From NCBI GenBank assembly GCA_051294375.1, contig CM119266.1, positions 2,611,954 to 2,657,271 of the forward strand: a DNA stretch of 45,318 bases, written 5' to 3'. Of this stretch, positions 38,088-45,318 are shown one piece after another (positions within the stretch are counted from its first letter, which is position 1; the number at the start of each line of letters is the position of its first letter). The notes under the pieces are model-generated. The model had not been told where the DNA came from, did no database searches, and worked only from the letters and a program-made list of their open reading frames with translations. Source of the DNA: Paraspadella gotoi (Eukaryota; Animalia; Chaetognatha). The position numbers and the translations under genes were made by a program.

Positions 38088-41000
38088 TCTCTCCCTTCCT
38101 CTTTTCTCTTCCATCCCTTCCTTTTTTAAACTCAAAATTTATTTTCCTTTAAAACCTGAAGAATCTTCTCGCTAAAAAAACTCCATGCATCAAGCTTAAA
38201 AAGTCATAACGAGGCCGCGTATGAGTAAAGCTTCAATTTATCAATTTTACTATTCTTATAGACTCGCGAGCGAGACCAAAACTTTTTCATCTCTATAAGT
38301 CTTCGTCCGATATTTTTTCTTCTTTCCTTGTTATATTAAATAGTTTTAATATTTCTAGTCTATAGTATCATTTAGGTAAGTAGACAGAGATTTCAACATG
38401 AAACCAAAGTGGATTTTATTCTCAGATAGAAGATAAGCAAGACGGTGTGAGAATTTGAGTCAGATGGAATCAATAAAAAATGGTCAGTATTTATAGAGTG
38501 CCATCGGATCATCGACACGGGTTCTCTTTCCCTTTGGCATGAAGCCCTTCTTCTCATTGGTTGATCTCCGGAGGTGATTCATCCAATCGGCGAGGCCTTG
38601 GTTGATTTCATCCGAGTCGTCGATCCGGTTTGATTTCGATTCTGTCTTTTGGTTGAGATTCCATCTTCGATAGTAACATAGAAGAAAATCAATAAATTTT
38701 TCGTCTAACTAACGACAAAAATAATAATCAGCGCTTATAACCTACCGATTCTACAATTTTAATAGAAAAAAAATCTTTCAAAAGCTTTTTAATATTTGTT
38801 AAAACTTTTGTATATATTGATGTTTCACTTATTTTTTCATAATTTTCTTTCTTTCCCTTTTTACAAAACCCTGTGATTTTTTAAAATTTATTTTCTTAAA
38901 TTTTAAACTTCATTTTCCATTGAAATTTTCTTCCTTACTACTCCCCCCCCTCACAAACCGCCACCGCCACCATCACAATTTTTCTCACAACGTGAACCGA
39001 AATAGTGAGGGAAAAAAACAACAAATTCTTTCACAAAACTCATCAATCTCCCTCAACGTAAAAGTCAGGCTTCTCGCCCTAGCCTCACCTTTTCACCCTC
39101 TCCTTACCCCACCTCAGAATCCTCATCGGGTCCAACCATCTCTACGTTCTCCATCACCCGAAGAGCTACCAAAAAATCCTCGATGAAATCGCCAAGGCTG
39201 CTGAGGAGGCCGATTTAGAGCGGCAGCGGCAGCAGCAACAGCAGGAGGGAGAGGCAATTCCCGTAGCAGCGGCGCCGCCGTCCTCGCAACAGCAGCAACT
39301 CGAGACGCCGACCTACGAGTCGGCGCAGCAAGAGATCGTCGAGGCGAGCGGACTGCTGTCCGGGGCGCTTCATACGGAGGACGAGAAGTTGCTGCACGAA
39401 GATTTGCTGCAAACGGTTCCGTGGGTCAACGAAGTCAACGCCATTAGGTTGGAGACTGGAGAGGGGGGGCCTGGGGGGGGAATGATGGATGGATGGATGG
39501 ACAGATGGAAGAGTTGTTTTGTATGGACAGATAGACAGATGGCTGAATAGATGAGTGAACGGAGACATACATACATGCATTGTGGATGGATGGATGGATC
39601 CGTAAATGGTTTGACGGATTCAAAGTTTCAAGTCAAATTCTTTTCAAATATTCTCCATATTTCATCTATTGCGGTTTTCATGTTGCAGTCTGGAGATTAA
39701 ATCCATTTGCATCTTTGAAAAGAGAACCACTTTATTCTTTCGCGTCTCCCAACCCAATGTTGTTGTTGTTGTCGTCGTTGTTCTCGTTTTCGTCGTCGCT
39801 TTGTCTTAATCCCAAACACATTTGGCGCTAGTGGTTTCTCCGATGAGAAGAGAAAGTGAGATAGAAATTGAAGGCAAAAAGAGGAAAACAAAAGAACGAG
39901 AAAATAAAAATGAGAGAAAGAGAAGAAAAAGAAGAGTAAATATGAAGAGGAAAAATCTATGAAATGAATTAGCAAAAGTAATAATATGTATAAAATATAT
40001 AATATATAATATATAATATGTATATCTAAAGAGAACAAAATGAAACGCGTAAAAAAGTGAATGCAGAGGCGTTAAAGAGAAGTGAAAAAAAGTTACAAGC
40101 ATATGACAAAACAAGTTTGCGCAAACAATGTCGGATCTGCCCACGATCATTAGCGATAATTAATTAATTAATTTGATCCGAAATGTTTGTAATTAATTAA
40201 TGTTATTGTTAATTAATGTTTTTAATTAATTAATTAATAAATATATTAATTAATTAATTTGATTTAAATTAATTTGATCCAAAATTTTTGTTTTTAGGTC
40301 TTTTAGTCACTGACCACGACAAAAGCAATGACAACAATGATGGTTATGACGACAATGTCGACAATAATGCCGATAACGATTGACTTGATTGATTGATCGA
40401 TTAAATAATTGAGAAATAAATTGATTGATTGAATAATTAATTAAAAGATAAATAAATTGATTGATTGAATAATTAATTGATTGATTAATTGACTGATTAA
40501 TTAATTATTAACTTCCTTACCCACACACAAAATTTCATTTCAATCCAACCATCCAATCACAAGTAATTGGGAGTTTTTTGTTAAGGTGGGACGGACGGAC
40601 GGACGGACGGACAGACATCGTTTTTTTTTATGCATAATTTATCATAATTCGATGTTCTGACATGATATAAGTGAGTGCCCGACAAGATTGAGGGGGCGGA
40701 CCGACGGACCGACAAAGTGACTTATAGAGTCGGGATCTGCTGAAAGCAGATCCGACTAAAAATAGGTAAGAAAAAAGAAAGGAAAGTGGAAAAAAGAAAG
40801 AGGAAAAGTAAACTGGAAAGAAAAATGAGAAAAGAAAAGTGGAAAAAAGAAAGAGGAAAATGAAACTGGAAAGAAAAATGAGAAAAGAAAAGTGGAAAAA
40901 AGAAAGAGGAAAAAGAAAAATGAAAAAAGGAAAATTTATCTGTGAAGACGAAGTGAAATTCTTTGGCATAAAAACAACAAACAAGTTTGTTTTTTTTTTT

Positions 41001-44000
41001 CAACGAGAGTCGACGGTTTTCAAACTTACCTTTCTTTCTCTCGTGCCTCACTCTGATCACCCCATCCCCCTACCTCTGTTGCCGCCCCGCGCTATATAGC
41101 CAGCTACACATCCTCAACTACGAGACTAATTTCCGGTTTCGATTCCATTCGTGTCTCGTTTCCCAACTTCAAACTTTGATTCCTCTCTTCTCTTCTTTCC
41201 TCCTTTTTTTTTACTTTTTTATTTCGAATCGTTATTTGACAAAAGGACAAAAAGAAAATATTATTACACTTCATCTGGGAGTTGATAAACTAGACAGAGA
41301 AAAGCTTGTCAGAAAGCTCTAAGGATCTTGTTATGTTGTTTGAGATAGAGGCCATAACCAACTACAGATAATTGTTCAATGCTTATCGAACGAATGAATA
41401 AATTTAAAATTGGTAGTGCCAATTCATGGACGTCTTCAACTATAAATCTAAAATTCTAACTTTTAATTAGCCAATAAATTAAACAAAGTAAATAAATAAT
41501 AATAATAATAAATTAATCAAAGTATCTAAATTGCCCCGGCAGCGAAGAGTTGCGCAAGCCGATGAAATTCTCCGTGGTTCTGGTGGCGCCGCAAGCGAAG
41601 GGACTCAAATCCGGACGAACGGAAGTCTCGGTGAAGATGACGGACGCGACGACGGGAAATGATTGGATCTGGAATCGAAACAAATTCATCAATCGGAAAA
41701 GTCTCATGAAGGTTTTGAAATTCAATTCGTTTTTATATTATTAGTTTATGATTTGGTATCGGTGCAGCAATTGTATCCTGAGTGTTCGAGAAGTTTAAAC
41801 TGCCACTGGATTTTCGAGGGAAAAGGTTTTAGTATGGCAAACGGGGAGACATGTTTGAAGTCCGGGATTTGAAGCATCTCCCGACTGCTGGCACTCAGGG
41901 ACTTGGATCTGCAGTGATCACCCCATGTCACTGGCGTGCTTATGCCGACACCATCACACTTAAACCAGCGTGACTTGAACTCGGAATTCGCGGTTGTACT
42001 TAACTGTCCAGGCAATTGGGACGAGCTGAGTTTGACCAAGCTTTTCGGCAGACGAATTTAGGATTCACCACATTAGCACAAAATAAAAAGGTTTAGCAAC
42101 GGCGGGGATCACCGAGTAGCGGTACATCTCAAAGATTGCCTTTAGGGGATTCGTACCCTAGGTGGTCGACTCCTATGAAAGGCGCGATTATACTACTAGT
42201 ACCATCTAGCGAGCCTAACTAAGCGGGAGGCCGCCGGGGAACCCTAACGCACGGTTGGGATGGTGCATTAGCCATTTCCACTTGATAGATTGAAGTCGGT
42301 GGTGAAGCGGCTTAAAAAAATCCTCGACTTACACCAAAACCGCTGTTCCTTTCTTCGATAGGAAATGTGGAGTAAATTCGCGGACGGACTTGATTGGGAA
42401 TTACCTCAAGGTGACGACACATAAAAAGTGAAACGAAAACGAATCTAATTTATTTTGTTTTCCCCTTAAAACTTAAAATTGAACTCGCTTATTTTAGACA
42501 ATTGTCCCTTCTGGGAGCCGCCCGATGCGATGGTGACCATCGGTTCCGTCCACGTTTTGTTGCAAAGCATCGCTTATCTCATCGACATGGACGAAAACCT
42601 CGCCATTACTAACTTCAAGGTTTATTTATTCAATCAAACCTCAGTTAAACTAATCAATAAATCAAACAGTGAAGCAATCATCCTGAGCTCATCGATCAGT
42701 CAAAAAAAAAAAAAATATATCAATCGATCAATCAATCAAACCGTCCCCCCTTCCATACCCGCGAACAGGGCAACGAAAAGGGCAACTTGAACGTGAAGGC
42801 CTTTCCGGTGGACGAGAAGGGCGAGATCTTTATCGACGACGACCACGAAGACCCTTACGCCCTCGTGGGCAAAGCCTTGCGGTTCAAGCTGCAGATCAAG
42901 GCCGCGCGGGACTTGCCCACAAAGTACAAGAAAACCTGCTGCAGGTAAATGGAATCCAGCGCTGCTGTTGTTCTGGGTTTCTTGTCGCAGTTTAGGACTC
43001 GGTGGGCTCCGAAGGTTTTAGACTGTACACTGTTAGACTGTAGAGTTAGAAGATTAGTTGCAGTTACTTTTGGCGCTGCATAGTTTAAAATTAAAAATTA
43101 CAATTCCGAAAATGAAGGCACCAACGACTTGATTTAAGAGAGAGGGAAGAGCTAAATCCCTGACTCACACTTTCACGGAGCAGTGAGCGTGAATTGTGAG
43201 ATTAACGAGGACGTGAATCTCACAGTCGTCCAACCGTGATAAGAGTCGTTTCCCGCCGTTTTGCCAGGTTAATCGCTAATCGTTAATCGCTCTGATTTTA
43301 TCTCTTCTTTTATTTTTTATCTTCTCTTCTCTTCTCTTCTCTTCTTTTTTAATATGACCTCATGAGATTAAGAACGATTCCTCCAGGCAACTTTTCAGAC
43401 ATTCATTCACATTCAGACATTTATTCTCATTTCTTACTGTATTCATCAATTTCATCCCCCATTTTAATCCCCCCCCGATTTTAATCCCCCTTTTAAACAA
43501 ACAGGTACAAGTTCTTCCTGGACCAGGACTTCGACGAGACACTGGAAGTAGAGCACACCTCCAACCCGGACTACGACCACGAGAGGACGATCGTCGTTGA
43601 CCCCGTGACCAAACCCTTCGTCGACTACCTGCTCAAGACTCCGCTGATCGTCGAGGTGAGTCGAGGTGTCGGCGAGATTTTATTTAGCCTCTCATTTAGA
43701 AATTTTGTCTTCCCAGTATTAATGTTAAATCTTTTGTAGAACTAGAGAAATAGAGAATTGTTTTGAAAAACATTTTTAAAGACTTAACAAAGGAAGGGAA
43801 GGAAGAGAATTTGAGTCATTCACGTTTTGTGGTCCACAGATGGCATTAGAGAGCTAGGTTTATGGAGTGTGGAGGGCAAGAGGTCACGTTACTGACAATA
43901 TGGAAAATCACGAGGCCCAAGGGGGTAAGTTACAAATTAGTATGGAGGAGCGGATCAAGATAAAAACCGCGAGTTCAATTAATTATGAAATAAATAATGT

Positions 44001-44811
44001 TAACTAAAGTTCCAGAGATACCTAAATTTGAAAATAAAAAAAATCCATTTCCTATATTGGTATTATCAATATCAGACCGTACAAGCACGGCGTACAAGCA
44101 CGGCGTACAAGCTCTACATATTTTACGTTTTACTTTCAGTTTCCATTTTTCCTTTTCTGCTTTTAACTCGTCCCTTTTTTAATAATTAATATTCTTCTTA
44201 GATAGATTAGCTTGATATTTTTACGTCAACTTTCCATTTTGAACCGCGAGTCATTTCCTAATTCAGGTGATGGGTTCACAAACGAAGACGACGACAGAGG
44301 GCGCGGCGACGGCTGGATCGAAAATGATCAGCAACGCCGTCATAGAACGAACGGAAGAGAAAATGAAGTATTATCAGACTAAAGAGGAGGAGGTCTTGAA
44401 GATGATTGGGGTAAGAAATTGGGATAAGGCCAAAGAGGAAAAGATCTTGAAAATGATTGGGGTAAGTGATTTGGGTAAGGCAAAAGAGGAGAAGGTCTTG
44501 AAGATAATTGGGATAAGTGATTGGGGTAAGTTAAAAGTAGAGGTCTTGAAGGAAGCAGATTTGATTGGAGTAAGTGAGGCCAAATAAAAAGTTGTCTTCA
44601 ATCAGTGCGATTATCTTCCCCCCCCCCACTGCCGCCTCACCCCTACGCATCTCAGGACCTTAGATCCTCTGTCGAGCAGCGCCGCGCCGCGGGAGAGGGG
44701 ACGATGTCCTGCGACGACGTCGACGCCATCTTGAAAAGCGTCATCGGCGTCGGAGACGGCGCCCCCGGCGTCAACGGACCCACCAAGTCCGCCATGTGCC
44801 TCTTGCAGTGA
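10720..44811 (+). CDS. KIF28P: Kinesin-3 family motor, KIF28P/KLP-6-like; multi-exon gene, 5' part outside the window or in gaps
   Basis: GT-AG exons give motor C-terminus, neck ([22 protein letters not shown]), coiled coil, pre-FHA P-x-x-W-N-L-x-E-D motif, FHA domain and a C-terminal region ending CLLQ*. Phases are consistent for all exons from 39118 onward. The subfamily is recognised from recalled motifs, not from a search. Confidence 0.85.
13081..13211 (+). CDS. KIF28P: Kinesin exon: neck linker / neck coil, copy A (1-bp deletions)
   Basis: Consensus of both copies reads [44 protein letters not shown]; tag acceptor, GTGAGT donor; phase 2 matches the previous exon. Confidence 0.9.
16785..17002. 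mobile_element. Palindromic Penelope-like pLTR remnant with hammerhead motifs, copy A
   Basis: ~105-bp inverted arms, each carrying CTGATGA..G(A/G)AAC; duplicate of 24898-25113. Confidence 0.7.
16834..16876 (-). ncRNA. Minimal type I hammerhead ribozyme, copy A
   Basis: Minus strand GCG-CUGAUGA-A-GACUU-gaaaaucca-GAGUC-GAAA-CAU-GUC-UGC. Confidence 0.75.
17219..17930. mobile_element. 712-bp insertion into a (TA)n tract, absent from the duplicate copy
   Basis: Copy B reads ...TCATATCAATATATATATATATACTTTAAA (25311-25340) uninterrupted. Copy A has TA|GGA...TCC|TA inserted at this point. Confidence 0.75.
18483..19334 (+). CDS. Partial duplicate (exons 1-2, indel-ridden) of the SLC22-like transporter, cut by the assembly gap
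   Basis: Same sequence as 25845-26698, including MLEFNL and LADRFG. Confidence 0.8.
21310..21444 (+). CDS. KIF28P: Kinesin exon: neck linker / neck coil, copy B (1-bp insertions)
   Basis: Same exon as 13081-13211, inside the duplicated block, with indels at different positions. Confidence 0.9.
23500..23772. mobile_element. Degenerate AT-rich foldback / MITE-like element (copy A at ~15385-15660)
   Basis: Nested inverted pairs: GCTTCTCAT/ATGAGAAGC, TTTGAATTTC/GAAATTCAAA and TACTGCAATATGTAAA/TTTGCATATTGCAGTA. Confidence 0.65.
24378..24477 (-). mobile_element. Helentron/HINE (DINE-1-like) element terminus (copy A at ~16270-16367)
   Basis: GACA/GACC/GACG tetranucleotide run, then AAAGTGACTTATAG, hairpin AGTTGC-T-CCGT-gagt-ACGG-C-GCAACT (24445-24470) and an A-tract. 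On the minus strand this reads T-tract, palindrome, GTCY-type repeats. Confidence 0.5.
24947..24990 (-). ncRNA. Minimal type I hammerhead ribozyme, copy B
   Basis: Minus strand GCG-CUGAUGA-A-GACUC-gaaaauccca-GAGUC-GAAA-CAU-GUC-UGC: full core, 5-bp helix II, palindromic ACAUGU helix III, GUC cleavage triplet, helix I GCG/UGC. Confidence 0.8.
25021..25063 (+). ncRNA. Degenerate hammerhead copy (core mutated)
   Basis: GCG-CUGAUGA-A-GACU...AGUC-GGAA-CAU-UUC-UG; GAAA is changed to GGAA and GUC to UUC in both assembly copies. Confidence 0.55.
25845..28587 (+). CDS. SLC22-like organic cation/anion transporter (MFS); exons ~25845-26043, ~26400-26698, 26923-27245, 27539-27978, 28043-~28587 (stop uncertain)
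   Basis: N-terminal [16 protein letters not shown] (cf. EWDLVC), MFS motif [19 protein letters not shown] (cf. PESPRWL), EFFPTNQR (cf. ELFPTxxR) and ETKG. Splice phases match across exons 2-5; there are indels near 28240-28290. Confidence 0.9.
27392..27509. repeat. Perfect 43-bp inverted repeat with 32-nt loop in transporter intron 3
   Basis: 27392-27434 is the exact reverse complement of 27467-27509. Confidence 0.95.
31771..31880. repeat. 55-bp direct tandem duplication
   Basis: GACGTGGAAATCGCAAGGAAGACAAAGGTTTGAC(C/A)TTTGACCTCCTCTGTCATTT twice, one mismatch. Confidence 0.95.
32469..32574 (+). CDS. KIF28P: Probable kinesin coiled-coil exon (frameshifted by indels)
   Basis: ttttcag acceptor; frames join to ..[28 protein letters not shown] followed by a GT donor. 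It fits directly before IHKNWEERL. Confidence 0.6.
33198..33341 (+). CDS. KIF28P: Kinesin exon: coiled coil and pre-FHA motif (1-bp insertions)
   Basis: Removing four single-base insertions gives [47 protein letters not shown], matching the kinesin-3 WEEKL..PHLxNLNEDP pattern; tag acceptor, GTGAGG donor. Confidence 0.85.
37108..37346 (+). CDS. KIF28P: Kinesin exon: FHA domain (noisy 5' half, start approximate)
   Basis: Frames join to approximately ..[58 protein letters not shown]; the VNG..L.HNDR FHA signature is intact; donor at 37347. Confidence 0.85.
38484..40538 (-). CDS. Candidate secreted neuropeptide-like precursor, ~113 aa; putative exons 40538-40521, 40383-40315, 39827-39754, 38664-38484
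   Basis: A phase-consistent GT-AG model gives [113 protein letters not shown], with AATAAA at 38420-38415. The last exon is best supported; the upstream exons are speculative. Confidence 0.4.
39118..39447 (+). CDS. KIF28P: Kinesin exon: FHA end, Q-rich insert and helical region (not in the ORF track)
   Basis: [45 protein letters not shown]...[11 protein letters not shown]...[20 protein letters not shown]; 330 bp, open, phase 2 at both ends. Confidence 0.92.
40697..40762 (-). mobile_element. Second Helentron/HINE-like terminus
   Basis: GGACCGACGGACCGAC-AAAGTGACTTATAG, hairpin AGTCGG(G)ATCTGCT-gaa-AGCAGATCCGACT (40728-40757), AAAAA; (GGAC)n run nearby at 40589-40617. Confidence 0.5.
41543..41711 (+). 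CDS. KIF28P: Kinesin exon
   Basis: [56 protein letters not shown], continuing the NAISEEL.K..KF and W...KF.NR motifs; phases consistent. Confidence 0.93.
42362..42410 (+). CDS. KIF28P: Kinesin exon (49 bp)
   Basis: [16 protein letters not shown]; tag acceptor and GT donor; phase 0 to 1 bridges its neighbours. Confidence 0.85.
42498..42619 (+). CDS. KIF28P: Kinesin exon
   Basis: [41 protein letters not shown] (kinesin-3 DPFxE..IG...L..L.Y motif). Confidence 0.93.
42769..42944 (+). CDS. KIF28P: Kinesin exon
   Basis: [59 protein letters not shown]; cag acceptor, GTAAAT donor. Confidence 0.92.
43505..43655 (+). CDS. KIF28P: Kinesin exon
   Basis: [50 protein letters not shown]; cag acceptor, GTGAGT donor. 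Confidence 0.92.
44267..44410 (+). CDS. KIF28P: Kinesin penultimate exon (3' end ambiguous because donors are repeated)
   Basis: [48 protein letters not shown]; cag acceptor, GTAAGA donor, phase 0. Confidence 0.82.
44381..44581 (+). repeat. 51-bp tandem repeat (3 copies plus one degenerate) spanning an exon-intron junction
   Basis: AAAGAGGA..AG.TCTTGAA.AT.ATTGGG.TAAG recurs at 44381, 44432 and 44483, and degenerately at ~44534. Confidence 0.88.
44656..44811 (+). CDS. KIF28P: Kinesin last coding exon, ending in CaaX box CLLQ
   Basis: [51 protein letters not shown]; cag acceptor in phase 0; AT-rich 3' UTR with ATTAAA at 44995 and AATAAA at 45233. Confidence 0.85.
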   Translation, partial: DLRSSVEQRRAAGEGTMSCDDVDAILKSVIGVGDGAPGVNGPTKSAMCLLQ

Positions 44812-45318
44812 GAAACGATAGCGACGCCTCTAGTGGCAAAGCACACACTCTCTTTAGCCGCGATTGGAGAAATATCGATCTGACTTCATATTTGTTTATA
44901 TTTTGTACAGTAATTGCTGAAAATTGATCGGATTATTTTGTAAATGTTGTTTACTGAATCGATTTTGGTAACTGCTGTGGAAATATCACGAACGATTAAA
45001 TTTGTTTATTAATTTTTGTAATAATTGAATTTAAAACTAAAACCTGGACCATTAAGGGCAATTAGGAAATTGCTAAAAGTGAGAAAAAGGAAAGTAACAA
45101 GTTTGAGCAAACAATATCGGAAAGGCCTACGATAATTAAGCGGTAATAAGCTAATCCGATGATAAATCACGATAATTCTTTCTGACGTTCATTTTGTGAT
45201 TTTAATAGATCATAACAAATCGTAACAGACTTAATAAATCTATCAAAAAATCTACAAATCAATTGATCTTTCATTCATGCTAATACCAACATTTGGTCAA
45301 CTTGTATAATTTGGTAAT

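Noticed and set aside
40096-40150. Minus-strand [18 protein letters not shown] joined to RQMCLG as a calcitonin- or insulin-like Cys motif
   Set aside because: Cys spacing fits neither family and there is no signal peptide in that model. It is kept only as an alternative exon for the candidate precursor.

Overview
AT-rich, microsatellite-dense eukaryotic (very probably animal) genomic DNA from a draft assembly with several N-gaps; almost all long ORFs in the supplied track are translations of simple repeats. The main gene is a + strand kinesin-3 of the KIF28P/KLP-6 type. It enters mid-motor-domain at 10720, has about 13 exons through an FHA domain, and ends at 44811 in a CaaX box (CLLQ). A five-exon SLC22-like MFS transporter (25845-~28587) lies on the same strand inside one of its introns. 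A candidate antisense neuropeptide precursor ([10 protein letters not shown]; ~38484-40538) is interleaved with a kinesin exon. Introns also hold a ~215 bp palindrome with Penelope-type minimal hammerhead ribozymes, MITE/foldback elements, Helentron/HINE-like ends and minisatellites. Two gap-flanked tandem duplications (~5.8-8.6 kb and ~11.2-26.7 kb) and scattered 1-bp indels in exons between ~11 and 37 kb look like uncollapsed haplotypes or noisy long-read fill rather than real paralogs or pseudogenes. All calls are by eye; no database searches were run.
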